Of a stretch of DNA of 64,000 nucleotides, positions 31,104 to 41,339 are shown in pieces. Below the pieces are notes generated by a model, which saw only the letters and a program-made list of their open reading frames with translations, searched no databases and was not told where the DNA came from. The translations under genes were made by a program, and so were the position numbers. Source of the DNA: Bdellovibrio sp. (GTDB lineage Bacteria > Bdellovibrionota > Bdellovibrionia > Bdellovibrionales > Bdellovibrionaceae); the NCBI GenBank assembly GCA_036676395.1, contig JAKFCY010000003.1:1-64000 (forward strand), read 5' to 3'. Position 1 is the stretch's first letter. Every line of letters begins with the position of its first letter.

Positions 31104-31937
31104 CTACCCTAACAACTTAAGTGCTAGTTGAGTTTGTGTATTGGCTTGTCCCAATACTGAGGTCGCAGCTTGCATAAGAACATTGTTCTTCGCTAATTCT
31201 GTCGACTCTGCGGCTACATCTGTATCACGGATACGAGAGTTCGCTGCTGCGTAATTCTCCTCAGCTGTCGCTAAGTTTTGAGAAGTTGATTGTAAACGAT
31301 TTTGGAATGCACCCAAGTTCGCTCTGATAGAATTTACGCTGTTAATCGCGTCATCTACTGAAGCTAAGCTTAATTGTGCAGACTCTTTATTACCCACGCC
31401 GGCTTCGGTCAATCGCAACGCTTCTAATGTTGCATTTGATTCACCACTTTTAAAGCTGATGCGATCTAGTTCTGGATCATTTTGGGTACCGATTTGGATA
31501 TCCAAAACTCCGCCTAGGCCGTTCAACAGTGGTGTGCCATTGAATTTCGTGCTCTGAGAGATACGTTGCATCTCTTCTTTAAGCTGTTGAAACTCGATGT
31601 TCGTTAACCCGCGCTCACGATCACTGATCGTGTCAGAAGCAGCTTGTACACCCAGCTCGCGCAAGCGAACTAACATGTTAGCCATTTCTTGCAAGCCGCC
31701 TTCGGCAACTTGTACTAATGAAATACCGTCATTAGCGTTTCGGTTGGCTTGTCTAAGGCCTCTGATTTGAGCTTTAATGTTTTCAGAGATAGCTAAACCA
31801 GCTGCATCGTCAGACGCTTGGTTTACTCTGAACCCCGATGATAGACGTGCCATCGCGGTATTTTGTTTTATGCCTAAACTATACAGATTCTTACCTGCAT
31901 TAATCGCGGCTACGTTGGTTGCAATTCGCAATCCCAT
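31104..31937 (-). CDS. fliC: Flagellin
   Basis: RLSSGFRVNQASDDAAGLAISE and SRIRDTDVAAE. Confidence 0.97.
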   Translation of the reverse strand: MGLRIATNVAAINAGKNLYSLGIKQNTAMARLSSGFRVNQASDDAAGLAISENIKAQIRGLRQANRNANDGISLVQVAEGGLQEMANMLVRLRELGVQAASDTISDRERGLTNIEFQQLKEEMQRISQSTKFNGTPLLNGLGGVLDIQIGTQNDPELDRISFKSGESNATLEALRLTEAGVGNKESAQLSLASVDDAINSVNSIRANLGAFQNRLQSTSQNLATAEENYAAANSRIRDTDVAAESTELAKNNVLMQAATSVLGQANTQTQLALKLLG

Positions 31938-32175
31938 ATTATCCTCCTTGTATTGTATTCATCCGTGAATGTCCCCTATCCTTAGGTTTGAGCAGAATCC
32001 GTTCTGCTTATTTAAAAACTTTAAAAAACTAAATACACTAATCCTATGCTTGTACCCCAAAAGTCGGCGCTCGCACGACGGCCTTTGGTGGACAAATTCC
32101 AATACGGATTTGTCCCTTTTGTCAGACTCATTTCAGTAAGTCCAACCCCAGGTCACAGATTCAAATCGTTTGAAT

Positions 32176-33015
32176 CTATCCTTTGTTCAACAACTGAAGA
32201 GCTAAGCCCGGTTGTTGATTCGCCTGTGCTAGTACTGATGTTCCAGCTTGCAGAAGAATATTCTGTTTCGCTAATTCAGTACTTTCATCCGCGATGTCCG
32301 CATCTCTAATGCGTGAATTCGATGCTGACAAGTTCTCTAAGTTCGTTTGCAATCCCTCAACAGTTGAGTTCAATCTGTTTTGGATCGCCCCGAAACCTGC
32401 CCGTAGCTGATTCACATAGTTGATCGCGCTATCTACATTGGCTAAGCTGCTCTGAGCAGACGTCTTATCCAAAATACTTGTTAAATCCAATCCCAGTGCG
32501 CCCGTACTCGCATCTGTTAGTGTGGCGTCAAAAGAAATTCGGTCAAAGTCGGCCGAGTTCTTTACACCAATCTGGAAGTCCAACAATCCGCCCGTTCCGT
32601 TAAGTAATGGCGTTCCGTTAAATTCTGCACTTCCTGTCATACGATCGATTTCTTCTAGTAGCTGCACATACTCGACATTTGCCAATCCGCGCTCTCTGTC
32701 CCCGATCGTATCTGATGCTGCTTGCACCCCTAATTCACGTAATCTAATGAGCATGTTACTAACTTCGCTTAATGATCCTTCTGCAGTCTGAATCATTGAG
32801 ATACCGTCTTGCGCATTTCTGTTGGCCTGTTTAAGACCTCTCATTTGCGCTTTCATGTTTTCAGAAATCGCTAATCCCGCCGCATCGTCAGATGCTTTGT
32901 TGATTCTGTTTCCTGAAGACAATCTGGCCATCGCCGTATCCATTTTGTTCTTCGTACCCCATAATGCCTTTTGAGCATTTAGCGCCGTAACATTTGTACC
33001 AATTCTTAATCCCAT
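32176..33015 (-). CDS. fliC: Flagellin
   Basis: True start MGLRIGTN follows a GGAGG RBS. RLSSGNRINKASDDAAGL and SRIRDADIA. Confidence 0.97.
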   Translation of the reverse strand: MGLRIGTNVTALNAQKALWGTKNKMDTAMARLSSGNRINKASDDAAGLAISENMKAQMRGLKQANRNAQDGISMIQTAEGSLSEVSNMLIRLRELGVQAASDTIGDRERGLANVEYVQLLEEIDRMTGSAEFNGTPLLNGTGGLLDFQIGVKNSADFDRISFDATLTDASTGALGLDLTSILDKTSAQSSLANVDSAINYVNQLRAGFGAIQNRLNSTVEGLQTNLENLSASNSRIRDADIADESTELAKQNILLQAGTSVLAQANQQPGLALQLLNKG

Positions 33016-33146
33016 AACTTCCTCCATGAAGCTGTTCCGGTGTGTAACTACTCTGTGAGACTCCTGTCTCACTTCGTTTCATACCGAAGCGGTGTATTTT
33101 GAGAATCCATCCTTGAATTCTCAGAATCGTATTACTCTTAAACACT

Positions 33147-33173
33147 TTTTCGGATCATCCTGAGAAAACTTGA
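33147..33173 (-). promoter_or_regulatory. Putative sigma28 promoter of the flagellin pair
   Basis: Minus strand reads TCAA-N15-TCCGAAAA, about 130 bp upstream of the flagellin ATG. Confidence 0.65.
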
Positions 33174-33361
33174 GACGTTCGTATCAAGAAAGATCACTTT
33201 TGGCCTTTGGTCTGTCCTGTAATGCAATTAAACACGTCCTGACTAAATATTTTTCACATTTCAGGTCTAAGGGCTGTGGGCTCTCTTGCTCTCTCTTTTG
33301 TTCAAAAACCCTGTTTTAGCGTGACTCTGTTGTTAAATTTCAGTAATTTTCATACTCATAT

Positions 33362-34642
33362 ATGGAAATACGCGATCCCATTCACGGTAGTATTTATCTC
33401 TCAGACGGCGAAGAAGCGATCATCGAATCAGTTGAGTTTCAACGTCTGCGCGAAATCAAACAATTAGGTTTTTCTGAATTTAGTTTTCCGGGAGCAACTC
33501 ATAATAGATTTTTACATTCTATTGGTGTGAGCCATGTTTCGGGGTTAGTGTTTGACAGTATTTTCAGAGCGTATCCGTTAAAGTCTTCGAACAAAATTCG
33601 TTTTCGCCAGATGGTCAAATTAGCTGCGTTACTTCATGATGTGGGTCACGGCCCGCTATCACACACGACAGAACAAGTGATGCCCCAGCTTGATAAACTA
33701 AAGATTAAAATCTACCAAGAGCAAGGCGTTGATCAAAATCGCCAGGCCAATCACGAAGACTACACGATCAAGTTTGTGACTGATTCAAATATCGCAGACA
33801 TTATTAAAAAATATTATTCTGATATTGATCCGCTCCATGTGGCTTGTCTGATCGATAAAGAATTAAAATGTTCACCAGACGTTTTTACTGACGGGATCAT
33901 TAACTTCAGACCTTTATTAAGTCAGATTGTTTCAAGCGAACTAGACGCTGATCGTATGGATTATCTAGAACGCGATTCTTATTTCTGCGGAATTAACTAC
34001 GGTAAGATCGATCGCGATTGGTTAGTGCAGAACTTAACTCTACATATTAAAGACCATAATGCTTACTTGGCCCTTAATAGACGCGCACTGTATGCCTTTG
34101 ATGATTTTTTGATTTCTCGTCATCATATGTACCTTATGGTGTACTTTCATCATAAGAGCATTATCTATGATGAAATGCTGAACCTGTACTTAGGTTCTAA
34201 CGAGGCTACTTTTAAAATTCCTGCTGAACTTGAAAGTTATATTCCATACACCGACTACAAACTTTACGAACATTTAGACACGGTTCAAAACCCATGGGCT
34301 AAACGTATTGCTGAACGTAAGCCTTACCGCGTGGCCATCGAATTACATAACCAAGATAAAACCCGCGTTGAAAATGTTCGCCATCTATTAACAGACTCAC
34401 AAATTCATTCAATCTGGGCCAGCTCGGACGTTCGTCTGTCTAAATATCATCAAACGATTTCAGACAATGATATCAACATCTTCGTGGTTGATCAGTACGA
34501 CAAATGGGATAAACCATCCCCAATCAACAACGCGACTCAGATCTTTCAAAAATACGAAGGCTCACGCGTAATCGACCGCGTCTACGTAGCTCCAGAAAAC
34601 TTCGACACCGCAAAAAAAATCCTGAGCGAAAAAAAATATTAG
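33362..34642 (+). CDS. HD-domain phosphohydrolase (SAMHD1/dNTPase-like)
   Basis: RDPIHG, QRLREIKQLG, HNRFLHSIG, LLHDVGHGPLSH, DADRMDY. Confidence 0.9.
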   Translation: MEIRDPIHGSIYLSDGEEAIIESVEFQRLREIKQLGFSEFSFPGATHNRFLHSIGVSHVSGLVFDSIFRAYPLKSSNKIRFRQMVKLAALLHDVGHGPLSHTTEQVMPQLDKLKIKIYQEQGVDQNRQANHEDYTIKFVTDSNIADIIKKYYSDIDPLHVACLIDKELKCSPDVFTDGIINFRPLLSQIVSSELDADRMDYLERDSYFCGINYGKIDRDWLVQNLTLHIKDHNAYLALNRRALYAFDDFLISRHHMYLMVYFHHKSIIYDEMLNLYLGSNEATFKIPAELESYIPYTDYKLYEHLDTVQNPWAKRIAERKPYRVAIELHNQDKTRVENVRHLLTDSQIHSIWASSDVRLSKYHQTISDNDINIFVVDQYDKWDKPSPINNATQIFQKYEGSRVIDRVYVAPENFDTAKKILSEKKY

Positions 34643-34666
34643 GTGCCAGGCCGTCTTTCTGGTTAC
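34641..34666 (-). repeat. REP-like repeat copy 1
   Basis: Reverse complement is gtaaccagaaagacggcctggcacct. Confidence 0.8.
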
Positions 34667-35301
34667 AGCGTGTCATTAACTGAGAAAATTGGCTTATTAT
34701 AATTAGTATCTTTTTTCGATTCGAAAAATTGTTTTGTGAATCCCCATCGAACTGCTTCTAGTTTTTCAGGATTGGGAGCTTTGTTTAACCACTCTAATAT
34801 TCCAACTCGATCCTCGATCAGCAATGTATCTTCAACCAGCGGAATTTTATTTTTAGATATTTTTAATTTACTCTGTAGTGAACTAAACGGATAAGCTTCG
34901 ACAGTATTACAAAGCCCTGCAGCCACTGGATTGCGGTAGTTATATTTATAGGCGCAGAGATAATAGTTATACTCTTGCAATATGCATTTAAAATGCCTTC
35001 CAGCAAAAGTTTCGTTTATTCTATTTCCTTCTCTCGTCAGTCTTTTACTCGTCCGAGTCATAAACTGATGCATGCATTGGCTGATGTTAGCTTCTGGGGT
35101 AGAAGCTATTAAATGAAAATGATTGCTCATCATAACAAAACTGTGAAGTTGCCATCCGTGATCATAGTGTGTACGCGAAAGCTCTTCACAAAAAATATCC
35201 CAAACGATTTCTAACGGAATATTAAACCATTCGCGGTTAATACAGCGCGCACTTATGTTGTATGGAAATTCAGATTGTAATATTGCTTTAACTCGACCCA
35301 T
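34663..35301 (-). mobile_element. REP-associated tyrosine transposase (RAYT / Y1 HUH transposase)
   Basis: YNISAR..N, HSFVMMSNHFHLI (HUH), F.GRH, YNYRNPV.AG, YPFSS. Flanked by inverted 26-bp repeats. Confidence 0.85.
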
Positions 35302-35382
35302 CCAGCATTCAAAAGCAAAGATGATGACACGACATACTCATTTACTTTTAGTTTTAAGTCCGGAATTCGAATTTAATGCATT

Positions 35383-35408
35383 GTGACCAGAAAGGCGGCC
35401 TGGCACCT
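35383..35408 (+). repeat. REP-like repeat copy 2
   Basis: gtgaccagaaaggcggcctggcacct, 2 mismatches to copy 1. Confidence 0.8.
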
Positions 35409-35682
35409 ATTTCAGAGTACAGGTCTTTTTATAACAGATGACTTTGCGCTTACGTTTATCGATCGGCATACAATCTACATAGGGCATGATTTTTTTCGCA
35501 TGCTCTTCAAATTCAGTTTTATACTTTTTATTAACTGCATCTGGACCACACGCCCCGGCAGCAATAGTACACTCGTTATCTTTGAAGCATTTAAACCAAA
35601 TTGTTTTGTCTGGTTCAGGCCCTGATTCAGCATGAGCTGAACCAACAACCATTACTAAAGATAAAATTAATAAACTACGCAT
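35407..35682 (-). CDS. Small secreted Cys-rich protein
   Basis: GGAG RBS, signal peptide AHA, 6 Cys (C..D.EC.....C...AVN..Y...C...C....C). Lies between repeat copies 2 and 3. Confidence 0.7.
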   Translation of the reverse strand: MRSLLILSLVMVVGSAHAESGPEPDKTIWFKCFKDNECTIAAGACGPDAVNKKYKTEFEEHAKKIMPYVDCMPIDKRKRKVICYKKTCTLK

Positions 35683-35715
35683 AAAATCTCCATTTTAAGA
35701 TATCTTAGACGCGCC

Positions 35716-35740
35716 GTAACCAGAAAGACGGCCTGGCACG
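35716..35740 (+). repeat. REP-like repeat copy 3
   Basis: gtaaccagaaagacggcctggcacg. Confidence 0.8.
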
Positions 35741-36922
35741 CTAAACTCTTTCAAGAATCATGGCGATACCTTGACCGCCACCGATGCATGCTGAACCGAG
35801 CGCGTACTTTGCCTGGCGCTTTTGTAATTCATACGCCAATAGATTCATAATACGTGTGCCTGAAGCGCCTAGTGGATGTCCCACAGCAATTGCTCCGCCG
35901 CGCACGTTGGTTTTTTCTTTATTTAATTTTAATTCTTTTTCTACGGCTAGGTACTGGGCTGCGAAAGCTTCGTTCACTTCGACTAAATCCATTTGATCTA
36001 TGCCAAGACCTGCGCGCTCTAAGGCTTTTCTTGCTGCTGGTGCTGGGCCGATGCCCATGATTTTTGGATCGCAACCTACTGCGGCCCAAGAAACAATTCT
36101 AGCCATGGGTTTTAAACCGTGTGCTTTTACGAATGATTCGCTGGCGATTAATGAAGTGGCTGCACCGTCGACGATTCCTGAAGCAGTTGCCGCAGTTACT
36201 AAACCATCTTTTTTAAACATAGCCTTCATTGTTCCGATTTTTTCTACTGTGACTTCTGGTTTTGGGTGTTCATCTTTATCGATGATCACTTCACCTTTTT
36301 TAGTCGTGATTTTTACAGGCGTGATTTCATCTTTGAAAAGACCAGCCTCTAAAGCTTTTTTATATTTTTGCTGAGTAAAAACTGAGTATTCATCACATTG
36401 TTGTCTGGTGATGCCATACATCTCACCTAGATTTTCTGCAGTGATCGCCATCGGCGTACCTGTATAAAGATCAGTTAATGCTGAAGTCATTGCATCTTCT
36501 AGTTCGAAATTTCCCATGCGCATACCATCAAATCTAACTTTTCTTGCGACATACGGGATTTGTGACATTTGTTCTACGCCACCGGCTAAGATACATTGGG
36601 CTTGGCCAGTTAAAATCATTTCTGCCGCATTCGCGATAGATTGAAATCCTGAGCCGCATAAACGATTAATTAAATAAGCACCGCGCTCAACCGGGATTCC
36701 TAATTTTAATCCGACGTGACGTGCAACGTAGGCAGCATCGGCTCCGCTTTGTACGACATTACCAATAATTGTGTGATCGATTTTATCTGCAGTGATACCT
36801 GCAGCTTCTAATGTGGCTTTGCCTGCTGCGACTGTTAAGTCAGTTGCCGACACATCTTTTAAACCACCACCAAATGAACCAAACGCTGTTCTTTTACCAG
36901 ATACTAAATAAATTTTTTCCAT
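35741..36922 (-). CDS. Acetyl-CoA C-acyltransferase (thiolase)
   Basis: [29 protein letters not shown]. Confidence 0.95.
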   Translation of the reverse strand: MEKIYLVSGKRTAFGSFGGGLKDVSATDLTVAAGKATLEAAGITADKIDHTIIGNVVQSGADAAYVARHVGLKLGIPVERGAYLINRLCGSGFQSIANAAEMILTGQAQCILAGGVEQMSQIPYVARKVRFDGMRMGNFELEDAMTSALTDLYTGTPMAITAENLGEMYGITRQQCDEYSVFTQQKYKKALEAGLFKDEITPVKITTKKGEVIIDKDEHPKPEVTVEKIGTMKAMFKKDGLVTAATASGIVDGAATSLIASESFVKAHGLKPMARIVSWAAVGCDPKIMGIGPAPAARKALERAGLGIDQMDLVEVNEAFAAQYLAVEKELKLNKEKTNVRGGAIAVGHPLGASGTRIMNLLAYELQKRQAKYALGSACIGGGQGIAMILERV

Positions 36923-36961
36923 ACGTTATTAGATCTTAGAAATTCAGACGAGACAATGAAA

Positions 36962-37528
36962 TTACCATTTCCATTTAAGCGATACGGCAGACTTCTGTTC
37001 GTGATTAGACATTTCGTGCGAAAGCACTAAATCATTTTTATCAGATAAGGCTTCTGAGACTTCTGCTGCTGCGCGCGCTGCTTTTAAATCGTAATTAAGT
37101 GCGGCATTTACCCAGCCTGTGTATTGAATCTTAGCTAAAGCCTGAATAGCTAAAACTTTAAAATTGAAGCGGTGATTAACTTGATTTTCGTCTTTAAACG
37201 AAGCTTCAACGTTTAATTTTTTCTCTGCTGATTCAACGGCTTTCCCTGCTGTTGAATGACGAAGTGGCGAATGTTTCCAGTATAATGATAAACTGTTATC
37301 AGCCACTTTTGTTAAAAAAGACTGCGAAGTTTCATCTGCAGAGATTCGTTCTGGCAAAATTTCGCCAGCAAAAACATCCGATAATGATTCCGCACCAGTC
37401 TTTGCCGGTAATACTAATTTTTTCGTGTTCGCAACATTCACTTTTGCCGAGGCCAAACTGCCCAAGCTAGAGCACAAGCTAAAAACTGAAAACATTGTAA
37501 ATACGGTTAAAACGAATCTCACAACCAT
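36962..37528 (-). CDS. Hypothetical secreted/outer-membrane protein
   Basis: Hydrophobic N-terminus and a C-terminal beta strand ending WKW. Start uncertain. Confidence 0.6.
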   Translation of the reverse strand: MVVRFVLTVFTMFSVFSLCSSLGSLASAKVNVANTKKLVLPAKTGAESLSDVFAGEILPERISADETSQSFLTKVADNSLSLYWKHSPLRHSTAGKAVESAEKKLNVEASFKDENQVNHRFNFKVLAIQALAKIQYTGWVNAALNYDLKAARAAAEVSEALSDKNDLVLSHEMSNHEQKSAVSLKWKW

Positions 37529-37703
37529 ACCAGATATATATTCAAGTCCTGGGCCACTCCTAGACGGTGGCAAAGCGACCTATTCGACCTAATAGGCTTA
37601 TTATGAGACACACTGTCAAACCAGTTGCCAGGTGGTGATATTGTTTTAACCTAAGAGTCAGGTTGATACGTCTTAGAAGTACAAGCTTCAAGGAGGAGGC
37701 AAC

Positions 37704-37838
37704 ATGAACAAAACAATGTTTTTCTTAATGGCCGCTATGGTATTTTTCGCATTCTTTTCAGGGTGTGCTTCGATCCAAAATTCAGAAAGCAAACCTAGCA
37801 CTAGAGTAACCAATTACGATCGACTTCCGTTTCTATAA
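37704..37838 (+). CDS. 44-aa small lipoprotein (below the ORF-track cutoff)
   Basis: AGGAGGAGG RBS. Reads MNKTMFFLMAAMVFFAFFSGCASIQNSESKPSTRVTNYDRLPFL with lipobox FSGC. Confidence 0.7.
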   Translation: MNKTMFFLMAAMVFFAFFSGCASIQNSESKPSTRVTNYDRLPFL

Positions 37839-37883
37839 TATTACATTTGATTCAGCATACAAACTCAATAACAATGGGTTTGT

Positions 37884-38948
37884 ATGCGTGACCAATCTTT
37901 AAAATTAATTTTATTTTCTATTTGTTTTCTAATTACTTCGAGCCTTCAGGCGCAAATTTCTGTCGGTTTAAGAGAATCCGCAATGGGTAACAGTGGCGCG
38001 GCCATCACTGAATCGTCAGCCCCTTCATTTTACAATCCAGCACTATTAGCTGAACGACAAAAAAGTTATTTCAGTGTCACTGGAACAACTTTAACTTCGT
38101 TTAAATCTAAAAGTGATACTGAAGAATTCAATTCAACAAAGTTTGCGCCGAATTATTTGTCGAGTATTCATGCCTTTGAAAATTATGTTCACGAATTTTC
38201 GCTAGTTAACCAGATCTCACTTGATGCCAGAACATCTTCACCTATCACCGATGGCTCAAGAAACACGAGCCTTAGAACAGACCAGTACAACCTGGCTTAT
38301 TCTTTTGCGTTTCGAAATTTTCCGTTCGGATTTCAGTTAGGTCTGCGCATTAATGAAAGCAGCTTTAATGTTAATCAATCCACCAATGATGGCAACATTG
38401 CAACCGGCGCTAATTTCGATATCTCGCGAAGAACCGGACATTTGTTCGCAGGCTTTGGCGGCATTCACCAATTTGGCAGCAGCTATCGTTTTGGTTATAA
38501 ATATGAATCAACTGGATTACGCGTTTATGATAAAACTGAACAGGCTGGATCATATTATTATTACGATAAAGGTAATAACTTATTTACGTCAGGCCAAACA
38601 GAAGGTTCAGTTGCCGATAACCCTATCTACACACAAGCTGTCATCTTAGGGCACAGTTTTTTAGTGGCTGATCATGAGTTTCTAACTGATTCACGGTTCA
38701 ATGCAACTGATGCAAGTGAAAATACTTATAATTTTTTTCAAACTTTTGGATACAAATTAAACTTCTCGAATCAAATGCAATTCATGACCGGTGCCTCTTA
38801 TGAATTCGACACCAATGCAAAATATGTTTCTGCGGGGTATTCTTGGCTGACAAACACTTTACGTTCAACGATCAGCGCTTATCACGCCGAAGATGGCAGC
38901 GATATGCAATCGACCGGATTTACCTTCGGCAGTGAATTTATTTATTAA
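37884..38948 (+). CDS. Outer-membrane beta-barrel, FadL/OmpP1-like N-terminus
   Basis: Signal peptide, SAMGNSGAA..SFYNPA.L motif, aromatic C-terminus. Confidence 0.65.
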   Translation: MRDQSLKLILFSICFLITSSLQAQISVGLRESAMGNSGAAITESSAPSFYNPALLAERQKSYFSVTGTTLTSFKSKSDTEEFNSTKFAPNYLSSIHAFENYVHEFSLVNQISLDARTSSPITDGSRNTSLRTDQYNLAYSFAFRNFPFGFQLGLRINESSFNVNQSTNDGNIATGANFDISRRTGHLFAGFGGIHQFGSSYRFGYKYESTGLRVYDKTEQAGSYYYYDKGNNLFTSGQTEGSVADNPIYTQAVILGHSFLVADHEFLTDSRFNATDASENTYNFFQTFGYKLNFSNQMQFMTGASYEFDTNAKYVSAGYSWLTNTLRSTISAYHAEDGSDMQSTGFTFGSEFIY

Positions 38949-40221
38949 TCGTCACGCTTTCAAATAATGTTCCGATAGTGCGCTGCAAATTAAAATGCAT
39001 TGAAACTAAATTTCTTTTTAGCTGCAAATTTGATTGCCAGTAATTAGAACGTGTATCGATTGCGGCGATCATATCTTTAAATTCAACATCTTCGCCTTTT
39101 TCAATTTTACGAAATATTTCTGTAATACGCGCATCGGCTTGCTGTAAATTTTTTTGTTGCAAGCTATGTAAACGCTCTAGATTAACTAAGGCTTGATAGC
39201 GCGAATTTAAGCTGTATTGCACATCAGCTAAAGTGGCATCGCGTTCACTGCGAGTCGCCGCCAAATCTTTATTACCGGCACGGTTACGATACATAGAACC
39301 AGCACCAATGGTGTACGTTACTGAAACGCCCACGTAAGCACCTTTTGAATGCATGGGATCACTGCCCGATGTACGCGTATTGTTACCACTGTAGCTGGCA
39401 TTTAAATCAACTTGCGGACGAAACATTCGTCTTTTATCAGCTTCACGTTCATGCGTTTCTGCGGCCAAACGATGATCCATACTTTGAATATCCGGACTTT
39501 TACTTAAAGCTAATTCAAAAGCTTGTTCAGCATTATTCGGAATCGTTAATCCTTTGCGCATTTGCTCTAAATTTTCCAGGCTTGAAGCCTGTGGAGCGGC
39601 CAATGTCGTAAAGTAAGTAAAATCTTTTTGCGCCTCGCTAATACCGAAATCAACATTAACGTTAGCTGTCTGCATATCATTGATTCTTTGATCCAGAGTT
39701 TTTCCTTCTTCTTCATTCAGCGATGCTTTTTTCAAAAACTCTAATTTTTTTTCCAGATCAACAACAAAACTTTTTTGCTCATAATTTTCTACAAGTCCAA
39801 TGTAGGCCTCAAAAACCGAACTAGCAAAACTTCCACGCGTATTCGGAATACGTGAATTACTTGAATTATATTCGGCATCCATAGCCTTTAAGCGCTCTTC
39901 AGAAGCACGCAGTGATTCAACATCGGCGCCGCCATTATAAAGATTCATTGAGATGCCAACGCTATTACTACGCCCAGTCGAGCGATTTGTTCCCGGAACA
40001 CCACCGGTTTGCCTGGTCGAATGATAAACCGAACTTGAAATATTCAGCGAGGGAAATAAATCCATGTATTGAGCTTTTTTACGATCTTGCATAGCCTGCA
40101 CGCGCAGATCTATAGCTGCTGTACGCGGATTATTTTGAATAGCGCTTTTAATCGCATCTTTTAATCCGATGCCATAAGATGTAGAGGCGCTCAACGTAAC
40201 GTACAAAATCAGCTTTTTCAT
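38938..40221 (-). CDS. TolC-family outer-membrane efflux protein
   Basis: AIKSAIQNNP, FPSLNIS, MNLYNGG, ALSKSPDI, PQVDLNAS two-repeat OEP pattern. Confidence 0.85.
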   Translation of the reverse strand: MKKLILYVTLSASTSYGIGLKDAIKSAIQNNPRTAAIDLRVQAMQDRKKAQYMDLFPSLNISSSVYHSTRQTGGVPGTNRSTGRSNSVGISMNLYNGGADVESLRASEERLKAMDAEYNSSNSRIPNTRGSFASSVFEAYIGLVENYEQKSFVVDLEKKLEFLKKASLNEEEGKTLDQRINDMQTANVNVDFGISEAQKDFTYFTTLAAPQASSLENLEQMRKGLTIPNNAEQAFELALSKSPDIQSMDHRLAAETHEREADKRRMFRPQVDLNASYSGNNTRTSGSDPMHSKGAYVGVSVTYTIGAGSMYRNRAGNKDLAATRSERDATLADVQYSLNSRYQALVNLERLHSLQQKNLQQADARITEIFRKIEKGEDVEFKDMIAAIDTRSNYWQSNLQLKRNLVSMHFNLQRTIGTLFESVTINK

Positions 40222-40327
40222 ATTTGCTCCTGAACCGGAGTTTACAAAGATTATGCCGAAGCCTATTCGATTAAGTTAGAAATGAGTGTCTTATTTTTAG
40301 ACACTGAACGACGATTTGCTGATCTTG

Positions 40328-41332
40328 TTATTCGTTATCTAAAATATAGTTCGCTGGATTTACGGCGATACCGTTTACGCGAACTTCATAATGACAGTGC
40401 GGACCAGTTGATCTACCTGTACTGCCAACTGCAGCAATCACATCGTAACGTGAAACTTTTTGTCCCACTTGCACAAAGATTTGTGAGTTATGCGCAAAAC
40501 GCGTTAGCACGCCATAACCGTGATCAATCGAAACAAGCTTACCGAATTGATCATCCCAGCCGGCAAAACTTACGATTCCATCAGCTGGCGCACGCACTGG
40601 TGTTCCCGGAGGAGCCGTAATATCTAAACCCGCATGCATTTTTTGACGACCGTTGATCGGATCAATACGATAACCAAAACGTGAGCCGATCGGTCCACGT
40701 GCTGGTTGAATACTTGGAGTTGCTGCCAATAAACTTTGGCGATCTGATAACAGCTCCCATAATTCAATCACAGATTGTTCTTTTAAATTAGAATCTTTCA
40801 CCGCTTGATCAATACGAATCACAAGAGACGCATAATTTGCTGAAGATTTTTCTGAAGCCACTTCACCCTTCATAGGATTTAATGGAGTTTCAGTTTCAAT
40901 GACGGGATCATCGCGCTCCATATCATCTAAACTCATACGCGGATTTGGATCATCAAGCCTTGAACCCACCACTTGCGCTGCCGGAAAATTTAATTTTTCT
41001 GGACGGTCTTTTAACTGAACATCTGTAATTAATTTTAATTTGTTAGAAACATTTGTGACCCGGTCCATCGCTGATTGCAATGAATCAAGTTTGGCTTCAA
41101 CCACCTGAAACTGGTTTTTTAATTCGATGTTTTCTAGTTTTAATTTTTTATTTTCTAATGACTGAGCTAACAAACCGAAATAATCAATGAAGCCCGCCAT
41201 TAATAACACGACAAAAAGACCTACAAAAAATAACGAGATTTTAAAATAGGCGACCGGTAAGCTGATCTTTTTAGTTTCGCTTTCATTACTGGTCACAAAA
41301 TAAAGAGTGATCTGTTTACGTGGTTCGCTCAT
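40328..41332 (-). CDS. M23-family peptidoglycan endopeptidase
   Basis: TM segment, coiled coil, HAGLD, GRSTGPHCHYEV. Confidence 0.92.
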   Translation of the reverse strand: MSEPRKQITLYFVTSNESETKKISLPVAYFKISLFFVGLFVVLLMAGFIDYFGLLAQSLENKKLKLENIELKNQFQVVEAKLDSLQSAMDRVTNVSNKLKLITDVQLKDRPEKLNFPAAQVVGSRLDDPNPRMSLDDMERDDPVIETETPLNPMKGEVASEKSSANYASLVIRIDQAVKDSNLKEQSVIELWELLSDRQSLLAATPSIQPARGPIGSRFGYRIDPINGRQKMHAGLDITAPPGTPVRAPADGIVSFAGWDDQFGKLVSIDHGYGVLTRFAHNSQIFVQVGQKVSRYDVIAAVGSTGRSTGPHCHYEVRVNGIAVNPANYILDNE

Positions 41333-41339
41333 GCATTTT

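Noticed and set aside
31938..32175. Possible c-di-GMP riboswitch between the flagellins
   Set aside because: The GEMM consensus (GGCAAA..GAAA..GACGCAAAGC) is not present.
33362..34642. HD dNTPase as an anti-phage system
   Set aside because: It has host-like context and no defence neighbours; housekeeping is more likely.
34641..35740. Three repeats as a CRISPR array
   Set aside because: Mixed orientation, gene-sized spacing and no cas genes.
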